NCBI GenBank assembly: GCA_010909165.1
Contig: VJWM01000068.1
Coordinates: 930,001-994,000, forward strand
Length of the DNA stretch: 64,000 nt
Direction of reading: 5' to 3'
Source of the DNA: Anthoceros angustus
Lineage: Eukaryota > Plantae > Anthocerotophyta
A program made the translations under genes and the position numbers. Below, piece by piece: positions 47,825 to 61,334 of this stretch. Position 1 is the first letter of the stretch, and each line of letters starts with the position of its first letter. Below the pieces are notes generated by a model, which saw only the letters and a program-made list of their open reading frames with translations, searched no databases and was not told the DNA's origin.

Positions 47825-49499
47825 ATGCAGCTGTGTAACGCACTGTGTTGCACAGCCATGTTATGGCTCTCTGCTGTAGTGGTGGGCATGGCCTCATCGG
47901 ATTCCCTGCTTCCCCTCCGCTTCAATGAGCAGGGCCAGTTCAAGATTCTTCAGGTCTGCACCTCCTTTGGTGTTGTGGGGGATCAAATTGTTCAATTTGC
48001 AGGTGTCGACACCTTGCTGGGGTCTTGAGCTGCTGCAATAACTTGTGCTTCTGAGGGTGAGTGTGTTTGTGTGCCTAGGCACTCACACCGTTTGTTGCAC
48101 AATTCAGATTGCAGATATGCATTATGCCAACGGACGGAAGACTGAATGCAAGGACTTGCTTGATTGGCAAATGAGCTTCTGTTCAGACCTCAACACCACA
48201 GCTTTTGTTACCCGACTCATAGCGAAGGAGAAACCAGATCTGGTTGTGTTCACAGGTACTTCGGAGACTTGGAGGTTGAGAGAAATAGGCCTTGTGTTTG
48301 GTGCTGGTTCGTTGAGTGACTTGACCTCTGTGACTCTGACCTTGGGGATGGCTAGGTGACAATATTGATGGCAGTGCTGTGGATGCTGCACAGTCCATGG
48401 ATGAAGCCTTCGCTCCTGTGATAGCTGCGAAAATTCCCTGGGCTGCAGTATTGGGGAACCATGATGACGAGGCTAACCTTGCCCGACCTGATCTCATGTC
48501 CCATATCTCTGGCATGGAGTTCTCACTCGCCAGGGCTTTTCCACAGTCTCTAGATGGTGGAAGTGGTGGGGATGCCAGCTACTTGGATATTGCTGGTGTT
48601 GGGAATTACAATCTTGAAGTCTTTGGCACTCTGGGCTCAACTACAGCAAATACAAGTCTGCTCAACCTTTTTTTCCTGGACAGTGGTGCTTACTCTAAAG
48701 TGCCTGGGGTAGACGGCTATGACTGGATACGTGCTAGCCAGCAAGTCTGGTTTGAGAAGCTCTCGAAACAGGTCTCCTTGCTCAGCTCCTCTCATGTTCA
48801 TCTTGTGTGATGGTTGTAGATGAAATCTTCTGTGACCTGCTGCATGCCACTTTAACCAGTTGCTGTTGCTAAATCACGCAGCTTCCAAGTACGGCTCCGG
48901 GATTAGCCTACTTCCATATCCCTGTTCCTGAGTATGATGACGTTGTTCACATCTCAAGCATCACTGGCCAACATCAGGAGACCGTAAGCTCAGCCTCCAT
49001 CAACTCCGGTTTCTTCGCATCCATGCTGGACGCAGGTTATGTTCAGGCAGCGTTTGTGGGGCATGATCACGTGAACGATTACTGCGGGGATCTCTTGGGA
49101 ATCCAACTATGCTATGCTGGGGGCACGGGCTACCATGGTTATGGCAAGGCTGGATGGGCCCGCCGCGCAAGAGTGGTGGTTGCCTCACTGGGCATTGGGG
49201 CTAATGCAGGTCAAGTGCAGTTGATTTCAAGCTGGAAGGATTTGGATGACCAGAGGATGAGCCAGCTCCATGTGCAGGTCTTGTGGGACAGGCAAACAAG
49301 CAGACCGAGCACCAGGGGACCTTTCTCCATGTGGCGTAGGTTCTCAGGATGCTCGACAGAGGCGCTTATTGCAGTTTCGGTGGCGGTTGGGATACCCATG
49401 TTACTGGCAACCCTCACAGCGGCCTGTTTGTGGGACAAGTATCGTCGCCTCAAAGCTGGGTATACTCAGGTCTCAGAGCCCTCGAGCCAGAAGGCATGA
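47825..49499 (+). CDS. Purple acid phosphatase-like metallophosphoesterase (PAP14/16/28/29, DCR2-type) with signal peptide and C-terminal TM helix; 4 exons
   Basis: LRFNEQGQFKILQ|IADMHY, VFTG|DN, GNHD, AYFHIP, GHDHVNDYCG, YGKAGWARRARVV; hydrophobic ALIAVSVAVGIPMLLATLTAACLW near the end. Confidence 0.94.
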
Positions 49500-49808
49500 A
49501 GGTCTGACATTACAATGAGGAACTGTGCTTCGTCATCACTCAGTCCGCTTCTCATTCACCTGTTCTCATCACGACGCCTAAGCACTAAACAGGGATCAGG
49601 CAAGCGAAAATGTACATGCCCTCTGTCTCTAGCCATGGGTCCTCCTTACCTCAACAGTGTACATACCGTGTGTCGGGCTGAGATTGAACAGATACGTGCC
49701 TGAGCACGTGGTGACAATTCATTACACCCGTGGACACTAGGGACCTACTTTCATTTAAATTGTTTCTACCTGAATCCCTTCCACCTTTGGTACAAAAGAA
49801 AACAAGCC

Positions 49809-51570
49809 TCATTTTGGACTCGGATTACTCTTCTCAAAGATGACAACCAGATCTTTGTTGTCACGGTAAGCCTGTAACAGAGCTGCAGCTTTATAAGCCA
49901 GAAATCCGAGCGTCAAGGGTGTAAGCTGCACGAGACAACCCAAGTGGAGTTGGTCACGGTCACAGTTTTTGTAACATCTAAAACGTGTGATCTAACAAGA
50001 ATATACTTACTTGAAGGTGGGGATAGTCTGGAGGCAGACGATCTGATACAGCGGCCAGCGCAAAAAGTGCTGCTAGTATACACAGGCGAGGAGACCCTTG
50101 AGAAACTATCCGCAGTCCCTCTATCCATTTCCGAAAAGAGTCTTCAACGTCACTAGACCTTATCCCAATCCTACATAGTTCCACAAGAGTGAGGCATGGG
50201 AACAGGTCTCAATTGATCTTCTTCCGAGATAGAGACAAGAGAGTCCCAACCTCAAGAAGGCAACACAAAATCACCTCAGTACCTTTTGGCTCTGCGCTTT
50301 CTGAACACGTCTGCCACACCATCCTCTGTTACGTTGTCGACATGTTTGTAGAGAAGTTGCAGATAAAACCAGCTGGCCAGAGAAAGAAAGGGTTAGACCT
50401 TGCCTTCTCCCATACAGTACACATAACGCAGCCTAAACCTCTTGTGACACGACCCGGTCAGGGCAGGGAGAGGACGTCACCGGGTCACAGTCTTACCTTC
50501 CCGATGCTCCAAGAGCGTAGCTTAAAGCTGCCTATCACAGCAAATCAAACCATTATTGAAATCCAGGCTAGAACGATCAAGCCATCGACAGAGATACTTC
50601 CATCAGGGTGTTAATAGAGACTAGATTCTAACCTCAGGCGATAGAACCAGAAGACAATAGAGATCACAGACCGATGCAACGGCCACCGTCATCACAGACA
50701 GCTCCCGCTTCAACTGCCACATCAGTCACAAGCAAGTGAGCAAGGTGGCCTGCGCGGATATCAACTTGGACGTACAGGCAGAGTCATGACTTACGGCTTC
50801 ATATTCTAGCATACTCTGTCTTCTTCTATCATCCCTGGCTCTTTCTCGTTCCTGCACTGAGCAGGAACACCTTCAGAAACCCGGTGGCACAAATGGCTTG
50901 TGCGACATGATGGTGACATTGGTGGACTGAATGCCCTGAAAGCAAAAAAATGATCCAAAACCCACCTCCTCAAGGCGGGCGGAGTTGGTAGGTGCATCCT
51001 CTACACCCAGGCTCCAGCTCCTGGCTTGGCTCAATTTTAAAAACCCAGGATTATAGTCCGCTTCTTCCTCTTCTCGAATCTGAGCAGGTCACTTGAAAAA
51101 GCCAAGACACGAAGCCGTGAGCCACAGATTCTCACCAAAGCTTCACCAAACAGATGAGGCAGTACATCTCCAGTACGCGCACTTCCAAGATGATACCTTC
51201 TGAATCCGAGAGAGCTTTTCCTGCACTTCCCTCCGCTTCACATCATCAACCTGCTCTACTTCCTTTCTCCACAACAGATCACTCGCTCTGGACACCAGGT
51301 CACTCTCCGCCTGCCGCCTTTTGAGAAACGATTCAAAGAACTCCTGGGCAGTCACGCCATTGTCTGCGGAAAGAATCCATCAGCAGGAGGTGCAAGACCC
51401 AGTAACTCCAGCTCAGAGCAAGCCCTTCCGCACCCACCATTGGAAGGCTGCCTATAGACCGACACAACGGTGAACGCTCCCCTCGGTGCCCTGCACCTCC
51501 TCCTCTCATTTAGCCTGATCCCACTTGCCTCCGCGTACGAACATGAGCTCGGGAGTGCGACCACCGCCAT
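49809..51570 (-). CDS. Plastid membrane protein of the CGL160/ATP-synthase-I-related type; ~8 exons
   Basis: Spliced product ...LKRELSVMTVAVASVCDLYCLLVLSPE|AALSYALG|WFYLQLLYKHVD...|IGIRSSDVED..SPRLCILAAL..|LTPLTLGFLAYKAAALLQAYRDNKDL; transit-peptide-like N-terminus; family from recalled similarity. Confidence 0.8.
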
Positions 51571-51745
51571 TGCTGCTACAGCAACGATACTGGTCTGACG
51601 TCCTATCCCCTTATAAATACAGCACTAAATTCCATCCTTCCGACCTATTCACGGATTAAGGCCAGAAGGAAGAATCACCCAGCCGCTCCAAGACGCAACC
51701 GAGACGATCGCCTCGCCTCCGCTGCGCCATCGCAGCCGTGCAGGC

Positions 51746-52369
51746 ATGGGGTTGGAGATACCGGGGCTCACAGCAGACGTCGCGGCTGCAAGCCAGCTGA
51801 ACGATGTGTTGGACGGCTGCGACCGAAACTCCTTGCTGCGCATTGTCAAGAGTCTCATCCAGCAAAATCCGCGCCTGCAGCGAGAATCTCAAGACCTGCT
51901 GCGCACGGACTACCGGCCTGCCGACCCGGAGGAATGCCTCGTCGACTGCAAGCTGCTCGGCACGGAGTGGCAGGGATTGAGCTGGGACTCGGTCATGGTG
52001 GGGAGAGGCGCGGCCCGGCGCCGGGCCGAGGCGTTCCTGGCATTGGACATGCCTCTGCAGGCCGCCGACCTGTACGTGTGCCTCTTCCTCAAAGTGGCAA
52101 CGTGGGTTCGGAAGGACGAAGCCTACGGCGCTGATGCGGATGAGGTTCTCAGGGATTGGGAGGACAATCTGCTGGCCGCGCTGCTCAAGCTCGGAGCAGA
52201 CGTTCCACAGGAGAAGCTTGAGCAGTGGCAGATGGCCATGGCCTGGGTGTCCAAACACTGTGCATTCTTTAAGCCGGGGGAGGCCGTCCGGCATCTCCTG
52301 GCCGGCGGAAGGGCTGATGAGCTCAGTCAGGAAAGCTCCGGGTCCAGGATCAGGCAACGCGTGCCGTGA
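51746..52369 (+). CDS. Hypothetical single-exon helical protein (207 aa)
   Basis: Protein-like composition, G/C-rich third positions, TATAAATA at ~51614 upstream; no family recognised. Confidence 0.6.
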   Translation: MGLEIPGLTADVAAASQLNDVLDGCDRNSLLRIVKSLIQQNPRLQRESQDLLRTDYRPADPEECLVDCKLLGTEWQGLSWDSVMVGRGAARRRAEAFLALDMPLQAADLYVCLFLKVATWVRKDEAYGADADEVLRDWEDNLLAALLKLGADVPQEKLEQWQMAMAWVSKHCAFFKPGEAVRHLLAGGRADELSQESSGSRIRQRVP

Positions 52370-52897
52370 AAGCAGGCTGGATGATCGAAGCTCGTCCATC
52401 GTAGGCCGGTTTAGGGCTAGTGTCTCCGTTGCCTTGTTCCTTTCTCGTTGGGCCTGAGGTCTTGCTTTCTTGCGTAGAAGCCTCTCAGGCGTTGCTGGCA
52501 TGCTTCATTTCTTCCCAGACAGGGAAAGAAAACTGGATCTGCACCGGACGCTTCTTGGAAAGCTGTTTGCCGGCAGCTCAAGTTCGGCTTCTTCTGGACG
52601 CACTTCGGCTCCATCGCTGCTTTCCGGATGCATGGAAATCATCCAACAGCTGTGGATCTTGCATTTGCGGACTGGGACTTGGTAGCTTCTCTAGGTGATG
52701 TTGCCGCCGGGTTTTAGGGCTGCGGTTTTAATTCGAAAACTCCACACATGTTCACGATCACGAACGCTGATGTAGAGACGTGTGAGAGTTCTGACCAGCC
52801 AACTGGCGTAATGTTGTGTATGTAAATGAGGTTCCCATCACATTTTCCTGTGATGTCATACCCGTCTGTCTGACGGAGCAGACGCGGGACCCGGGAT

Positions 52898-55314
52898 ATG
52901 GCTTTGTCTGTTCCCCTCGCGGTGTGGAGCGTCTCCTGGATTTCGGCTTCGCTGCTGCTCGGGGCTTTGCTGGCCTTGGTCCTGCTGCGCGCGCGGCGGT
53001 TTAAGGGGAGGGAGGCGTCGCTTCCGGCGACGGGCAGCAGGGATGTCCAGAATCCGGATGTAGGAGGGAAGGCAGGGCTGGATGCCATCATCGTAGGTGC
53101 TGGAGTTGCGGGAGCTGCGTTGGCTAACACGCTTGGCAAGGTATTGGATCCGGAACGGGCCTCTGATGGGGTTTTCTGGCACTTGGATTTGTTGATATTT
53201 TACGGCCGCGGGTGGAACGCATGATTTGTAGGGATTGTATAGCTGCGGTTTAGTCGTGGCTGCGGGGGTGGATCTGAGGTTTAGGTTGGGGATGTGAGGT
53301 CGCTTGCGGTACTCGGTGGGAGAGCCTTGTTTGCATGTTGTATGCATGTATGATTTAGCTTGAGTGGGCGTGGCCTTGTAGGATGGGAGGAGAGTTCTCG
53401 TTATTGAACGGGATCTGTCTGAACCAGATCGCATCGTTGGAGAGCTTCTTCAGCCAGGAGGGTACCTGAAGCTTGTAGAGTTAGGTCTGCAAGGTATGTA
53501 TGTTCTGCGATGTGGAAGTGGTTGCTGCGCCCGGTCACGAGTAGCTGACTGCTGTATTCCAACATTTTTCTCAGACTGCCTTGAAGGGATTGAGGCGCAG
53601 AGAGTTCTTGGCTATGCATTGTTCAAGCAGGGGAGGGATGCAAAGGTTGGATATCCTCTGGATGGTTACAGTGCTGATCTTGCGGGTCGTAGTTTTCACA
53701 ATGGCCGATTCATTCAAAAAATGCGGGAGAAGGCTGCCGCTTTGCCAACGTACGTCAGCTTTGGTTTGCAAAAGTTCATGCCGATGGCACAGAACCATCA
53801 TGCCTTCACATGTCCCTGGTTCCTGACGCTCAAGGATCCGTGTCGTACAGGGTGCAGCTCAAACAGGGAACTGCATTATCTCTCATTGAGGAAGACTCTG
53901 TTGTTAAGGGAATTCGGTACAGAACTGCAGCAGGAGAAGAGGAGGCGTATGCTGCCCTTACCTTTGTTTGTGATGGCTGCTTTTCAAATCTCCGACGGAA
54001 GTTGTGTTCCCCAAAGGTAGAGGCCTGTGCGAGGGCTGGTAAACTGTTGCTGTTTCTCGTGTTGGAAGCTGCGCTGGTCCAGAATTAACATGGCCGTTTC
54101 CACAACAGGTTGATGTCCCCTCATCCTTTGTGGGGCTGGTGCTGGAAAATTGCGAACTCCCTTATGCAAATCATGGCCATGTTGTTCTTGCTGATCCGTC
54201 CCCGATACTCTTCTATCCTATCAGTAACACGGAGATCCGGTGTCTGGTAGATGTTCCAGGGCAGAAGGTGCCATCAATTGCCACTGGAGAAATGGCTAAT
54301 CACCTGAAGACCGTTGTGGCTCCACAGGTATGCATTGCCAGCAATGCCACTGTGCTCGGTTTCACTTTAAGGGAATCCGGTGCGGGTAGGGGCCATTGAT
54401 ATGTTGAGTGCAGAAGGGCTGACACTTTCTTTGTGCAGCTTCCGAAGCAGCTGCAGGACTCGTTTGTTGCCGCAGTGGAGAGCGGGAATATACGTACCAT
54501 GCCAAACAAGAGCATGCCTGCCCTTCCGATACCCCGACCTGGAGCCCTCCTAATGGGGGATGCCTTTAACATGCGACATCCACTGACGGGAGGGGGAATG
54601 ACAGTGGCTCTCTCGGACATCGTCTTGCTGCGGGATATGTTAAGGCCCTTAAAAGACTTCCAGGATGCACCTGCTCTTTGCGAGTATGTCCAAGCGTTTT
54701 ACACCAGACGCAAGGTACTCTTTGTACCATGTCATCTCGTTTGTCTGCATGATCCTGTTGTCTGTCGAGTGCATTATGTTCTAAAGGTGGACAGCTGGAT
54801 CTTTACTGCTGTGTATGCCCATGTTGCAGCCCGTGGCATCAACTATCAACACACTAGCAGGTGCCCTTTACAAGGTCTTTTGCGACTCTCCAGATCAAGC
54901 AATGAAAGTGATGCGACAGGCTTGTTTTGACTACTTGTCCTTGGGGGGCGTGTTCTCAAGCGGCCCAGTTGCACTATTATCAGGGCTGAATCCTCGGCCC
55001 TTGAGCCTGGTTCTTCACTTCTTCGCAGTTGCAGTATACGGTGTGGGACGCCTACTTTTGCCTTTTCCATCTCCCAAACGGATTTGGATTGGGGTTCGAC
55101 TGATCCAAGTAAGCTTTCAATCGACGCGCCAGTTTCAATGCTTTTTTTGGCCTATACCTTTACTTATGGACGGTTAATGCAGGGGGCATCGAACATCATC
55201 TTTCCCATCATCAAGGCCGAAGGTGTGAGGAAAATGTTTTTCCCGTACATGGTGCCATCCTACTACAGGTCGCCCCCGGTCAACCCTCCCGATCAACAAG
55301 AGGTCGATCAGTAA
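52898..55314 (+). CDS. SQE: Squalene epoxidase (squalene monooxygenase), multi-exon
   Basis: N-terminal TM, IIVGAGVAGAALA FAD motif, IERDLSEPDRIVGELLQPGGY, CDGCFSNLR, GDAFNMRHPLTGGGMTVALSD, VASTINTLAGALY. Confidence 0.98.
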
Positions 55315-55762
55315 GGGCAAGTCGGCATTGTAAACTACAGCGAGAACACTAGTTGTACACTACGTGAAGCACATGGGGTGTATATTGCATCGTTGATCTT
55401 TGCAGCAGAGACACATTGCCTTGTGCTGTACGCAGATCTTGATATGGCTCCTGAATGCGCTGTCCACACCTTTCCTGCGAGTGAAGTAGGAAAACGCGGT
55501 CGTACCCAAGCAACTCGAGCAATCAATGACTCCGTGTCGCCTTTGTTCTGTGTTTCTGGGACATCGTCCATGCCCATAGCCAAGGGAGAGCTGAACAGAC
55601 CTGAAGCCGCAGCGAATTGACAATACTATCCTACTGAGACCCAATGTCCTCATAGTATTCATCATGAAGGAACCGTTCTCCTAGAGCGTCTATCCTCCAA
55701 CTTTTCCGACTATGAAGTGCTCAGGGTATTGGACAACGTAATGGGATGATACATGAGGAAAC

Positions 55763-57738
55763 CTAGGCCAACAGCCGAAGATGTCGAGTGATGGAATCAA
55801 CAAGCTCTTTCTGACCTGCAAAGCATACGACGCAGCGTGTGAAGGCTGTGAAGAAATTATGCAGAATTTGTTAGAGGAAACGCGGTTGAAGGAAACGAAG
55901 ACGAACCAGGTCCAATAGCAAGCACTGTCTTTGACCCTGCTGCCACCTGTCAGTAGACCACAATTTGTAAGATCCTACTTTACGGTAAGTACAGCGTTTT
56001 CAAGTTCAAACCTGGTTCTCCAGCATGCGTACCTGTGTTCGGCCGGCGTCTGCAACAGTGAAGGTTGGCAGGCCAGCCTTCTCTGCTCTGTGCCTCAGTT
56101 CATTCCTGAAACGGCAACAGAATTGCTTACAAATCTGCCAGATTAACCACATGGGTTGTTGCTCGGCTGGGTAGACGACTCACATTTCTTGCTGATTTTT
56201 GCAAGTGACCACAATCTTGGGCTGCCCGCACTGCTCCCACTTGGACAAAAGAGGCCTTTGTCTGCCACAAGTCCGGAAGTTGATTAGTCACTCGGACAAT
56301 AGTTGTGGCTTTCACGACTAGCGTGCGGGTACAAAAAAGTGGAGGTACTTGGGAAGGACCTGGAAAGCAGCTCACTATAGATGCCAACTGCCGCATCTGC
56401 ATAAGAAACCAAGCAGCATTCACTCTCCACTCATGAATTCAACATCACAGCAACCGAGTACTGAGGGCCCCGACCACACTGCAAAGGTTGTACGATACAG
56501 CCCAATGAGAAACCGCAAAGCAGAAGCTCAGAGAGCAAATAACATCCAAGTTGTGAGCATTCCAAGTTAGGACGGGAGAGAGAACTTATATCCCCCCTCT
56601 GTTGACGTCTCTTACATACACAGTAGGTTGACCATGAGTTAGCATGTTGGATGGAGTTCAGTACTCAAATCTCTCAGATAGGCATACCAAAATCTGAACG
56701 GAAATCTGAACTGAATTCGCCGTCACATGCACCTGATGTCGTTCATTCCAGTTCAGCAGGTCTGTTAGCCAGGAAGCTTGAGAGCAGTGAGCAGGGAATG
56801 CAACCTGGGCATGTCGGGACTTACGAGAACACTGTGCTGCAACTTTGCCTCCGCCCATTTTTAGGTCTTGACGAACAACAAAAACCTGTGCAAAAGCACC
56901 ACACACACATGCAGGACAAGCATGAATCTTCCCCACCAACCCGCCACGGACTAACGAGGAGTACAAATTTCAACTACCATCTTCAGCTCTGTGCTGTCCG
57001 CCGTAGACGTGCTGGTGTCGGTGTTGGTGCCGATGCTCGCCTGGCCCGCACTCCTGAGCCTTAGGGCTTTATTCTTCGCCCTGCTGCCCTGCTGCTCCCA
57101 CCGATTCTTCCCGCTAGGAGCATCAGCAGCGCCTGGGAATTGCACCATCATGCCCAACACGAACCCAACCACCAGCGCCGGCAGGTACTGCCAGCCCCAG
57201 CGCCGGCGACAACCAACTCTGTCGACGCACATTCTTCTGCACCGCTCTCTGCTTCGAGGGCACACCTTTCTGCAACCCAAATCCGCCACAGTCTCGTCAC
57301 CAAATCCCACTCCGCACCAACACACCCCAAACAAACACAAAGCACCATCTCACATCCGGCTTTTCAAATCTCTCCTCCGCCTTCACGGGCCAAACCAAGC
57401 GCCTCAGCACCCCGATGTTAGAGATTTTCTCACCAGAGCCGTTCTCACGCTCTTGCTACATTCACAAAACTCACACCATAACTCCAACCGCACCAAACAT
57501 CTCACACACACAACAACACGCCAAAATCATTCCCCACAGCCCACCCATCTCACCGGCTTCCCTTCCTTCGGCTCCTGCTGGTGCTTCCACAGACAACCGA
57601 ACGGAGACATGTCGCTCCTGTCCCCGTTATGCAGTCAGGCCAGCCTCACCCTGTACCGCAAGGATGAAGAATCTTCCTTCTCCACGCTTCCCCAAATTCG
57701 GCCTTGCCCTGCTGCTCCCACACCACCTCCCCAGACAT
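55763..57738 (-). CDS. PTH2: Peptidyl-tRNA hydrolase 2 (PTH2/BIT1 family) with N-terminal TM anchor, complete copy 1
   Basis: Spliced ELKM|VFVVRQDLKMGGGKVAAQCS|HAAVGIY..KWEQCGQPKIVVTC..|ADAGRTQ|VAAGSKTVLAIGP|GQKELVDSITRHLRLL; 5' exons inferred using all three copies. Confidence 0.92.
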
Positions 57739-58226
57739 GGTCGCACCATCTGCTACACACAAATTCCTGAGTCGTGAATCGTGAGCTTCTCGGGACCAGC
57801 AGCAGGCATGCTTGTTTGGGTCTGGGATTTTTGGTTCATTAAATTGATTAAATATTATTTAACTTCTACATAAAATAAACTGGAGTTAAAACGTAGGTCA
57901 AAGCTGGAGAAAGCGAGACCGTGAATGTGTTGTAGACACACAGTGTGATTAGGGTTGTAATAAAAAGGCGTGGATAGGCAAATCGAGTCGTGGCAGGAGG
58001 TACATATGTTGGCGAGATATGTCGAAGTTGTCATCCAATGAGGAAGCGATAATGCGAGCCGAGGGGATGCTTGGCTCGCAGCGGCCTTGGCGGAAAACCC
58101 TGACCAGGGCGGGGACGGGAGGAGCAGCTCGCAGCATGGGCAGATCGAGACGGCGGCGCGAGGAATCGAGACAGGGAGGAAGACGAGGAAGAGCTCGAGT
58201 GAGGAGGAGGAGGAGGAGGAAGAGGA

Positions 58227-59065
58227 ATGGCGGCGCACACTGTAGCTGCGGTTGTGTGCTCGGAAGTGGCCGGGGTGGCGGGAGCTGCTACCATCTCCGG
58301 CTCCCGGCTGTCGCGGGCGCCGTCGTCTTTGCTGCTGGGATCGTCGCCGCCGCCACCGTCGCCTCTGGTGCACTACAATGGCCTGCACCGATCGCACAGC
58401 GAGACGGCCGTGGGGTCCTTTCTGGGCCAGCGGGGCCGCTCTGGATGGAGGCGCAGCAGCAGCAGCAGCCGAGGGGAGGAGCGCGGCGGCGTCGGCCTCC
58501 TGGGGGTTTCTGGGAGGGCTGTTCAAGGGCAGGATTCCGGGAGGGCACGCGGCAGGAGTACGCCAGCGCGGTCGGGGCGGTGAATTCCCTGGAGGCGGAG
58601 ATGCGGGAGCTTTCGGACGAGGGACTGAGGGGAGAACGGAGGAGCTTCGTGCCAGGGTTGCGGGCGGGAGGGTCTGGATTCCGTGCTGCCGGAGGCGTTT
58701 GCCGTGGTGCGGGAGGGGCCAAGCGGGTGTTAGGGTTGCGGCCGTTCGACGTGCAGTTGATTGGAGGGATGGTGCTGCATCGCGGCGAGATCGCGGAGAT
58801 GCGGACCGGGAGGGAAAACGCTCGTGGCGGTGCTCCCGGCGTATTTGAACGCGTTGGGAGGAAGGGCGTGCATTCGGTGACGGTGAATGATTATTTGGCG
58901 CGGCGGGATTGCGAGTGGGTCGGGCAGGTGCATAGGTTTTTGGGGCTGAAGGTTGGGCTGATTCAGCAGGGGATGAGTCCGCGGAAAGGCGGGAGAGTTA
59001 TGGTTGTGATGTTACTTATGTGACGAACAGTGAGCTCAGGTTTGATTTTTGAGGGATAATCTGGC
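58227..59065 (+). pseudogene. SECA1: 5' fragment of plastid SecA1 (duplicate 1), truncated at RDNLA
   Basis: Transit peptide, [35 protein letters not shown]; cut by the junction. Confidence 0.9.
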
Positions 59066-60849
59066 AGTAGACCACAATTTTGTAAGATCCTACTTTACGG
59101 TAAGTACAGCGTTTTCAAGTTCAAACCTGGTTCTCCAGCATGCGTACCTGTGTTCGGCCGGCGTCTGCAACAGTGAAGGTTGGCAGGCCAGCCTTCTCTG
59201 CTCTGTGCCTCAGTTCATTCCTGAAACGGCAACAGAATTGCTTACAAATCTGCCAGATTAACCACATGGGTTGTTGCTCGGCTGGGTAGACGACTCACAT
59301 TTCTTGCTGATTTTGCAAGTGACCACAATCTTGGGCTGCCGCACTGCTCCCACTTGGACAAAGAGCCTTTGTCTGCCACAAGTCCGGAAGTTGATTAGTC
59401 ACTCGGACAATAGTTGTGGCTTTCACGACTAGCGTGCGGGTACAAAAAGTGGAGGTACTTGGGGAAGGACCTGGAAAGCAGCTCACTATAGATGCCAACT
59501 GCCGCATCTGCATAAGAAACCAAGCAGCATTCACTCTCCACTCATGAATTCAACATCACAGCAACCGAGTACTGAGGGCCCCGACCACACTGCAAAGGTT
59601 GTACGATACAGCCCAATGAGAAACCGCAAAGCAGAAGCTCAGAGAGCAAATAACATCAAGTTGTGAGCATTCCAAGTTAGGACGGAGAGAACTTATATCC
59701 CCCTCTGTTGACGTCTCTTACATACACAGTAGGTTGACCATGAGTTAGCATGTTGGATGGAGTTCAGTACTCAAATCTCTCAGATAGGCATACCAAAATC
59801 TGAACGGAAATCTGAACTGAATTCGCCGTCACATGCACCTGATGTCGTTCATTCCAGTTCAGCAGGTCTGTTAGCCAGGAAGCTTGAGAGCAGTGAGCAG
59901 GGAATGCAACCTGGGCATGTCGGGACTTACGAGAACACTGTGCTGCAACTTTGCCTCCGCCCATTTTTAGGTCTTGACGAACAACAAAAACCTGTGCAAA
60001 AGCACCACACACACATGCAGGACAAGCATGAATCTTCCCCACCAACCCGCCACGGACTAACGAGGAGTACAAATTTCAACTACCATCTTCAGCTCTGTGC
60101 TGTCCGCCGTAGACGTGCTGGTGTCGGTGTTGGTGCCGATGCTCGCCTGGCCCGCACTCCTGAGCCTTAGGGCTTTATTCTTCGCCCTGCTGCCCTGCTG
60201 CTCCCACCGATTCTTCCCGCTAGGAGCATCAGCAGCGCCTGGGAATTGCACCATCATGCCCAACACGAACCCAACCACCAGCGCCGGCAGGCCGCCAGCC
60301 CCAGCGCCGGCGACAACCAACTCTGTCGACGCACATTCTTCTGCACCGCTCTCTGCTTCGAGGGCACACCTTTCTGCAACCCAAATCCGCCACAGTCTCG
60401 TCACCAAATCCCACTCCCGCACCAACACACCCCAAACAAACACAAAGCACCCATCTCACATCCGGCTTTTCAAATCTCTCCTCCGCCTTCACGGGCCAAA
60501 CCAAGCGCCTCAGCACCCCGATGTTAGAGATTTTCTCACCAGAGCCGTTCTCACGCTCTTGCTACATTCACAAAACTCCACACCATAACTCCAACCGCAA
60601 TAACACCAAACATCTCACACACACAACAACACGCCAAAATCATTCCCCCACAGCCCACCCATCTCACCGGCTTCCCTTCCTTCGGCTCCTGCTGGTGCTT
60701 CCACAGACAACCGAACGGAACATGTCGCTCCGTCCCCGTTATGCAGTCAGGCCAGCCTCACCCTGTACCGCAAGGATGAAGAATCTTCCTTCTCCCACGC
60801 TTCCCCAAATTCGGCCTTGCCCCGCTCCCCGCACCACCTCCCCAGACAT
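59065..60849 (-). pseudogene. PTH2: PTH2 duplicate 2, lacking the last two exons
   Basis: Identical exon series that stops at the 59065 junction. Confidence 0.85.
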
Positions 60850-61334
60850 GGTCGCACCATCTGCTACACACACAAATTCCTGAGTCGTGAATCGTGAGCT
60901 TCTCGGGACCAGCAGCAGGCATGCTTGTTTGGGTCTGGGATTTTGGTTCATTAAATTGATTAAATATTATTTAACTTCTACATAAAATAAACTGGAGTTA
61001 AAACGTAGGTCAAAGCTGAGAAAGCGAGAATGTGTGTTAGACACACAGTGTGATTAGGGTTGTAATAAAAAGGCGTGGATAGGCAAATCGAGTCGTGGCA
61101 GGAGGTACATATGTTGGCGAGATATGTCGAAGTTGTCATCCAATGAGGAAGCGATAATGCGAGCCGAGGGGATGCTTGGCTCGCAGCGGCCTTGGCGGAA
61201 AACCCTGACCAGGGCGGGGACGGGAGGAGCAGCTCGCAGCATGGGCAGATCGAGACGGCGCGCGAGGAGGAATCGAGACGGGGAGGAAGACGAGGAAGAG
61301 CTCAGTGAGGAGGAGGAAGGGAGGAGGAAGAGGA

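Noticed and set aside
51656-52501. 281-aa minus-strand ORF
   Set aside because: Antisense to 51746-52369, which has the more protein-like composition and an upstream TATA box
56991-57770. 259-aa plus-strand His/Thr/Pro-rich ORF
   Set aside because: Antisense to PTH2 exons 1-2 and intron; frame not preserved in the other copies
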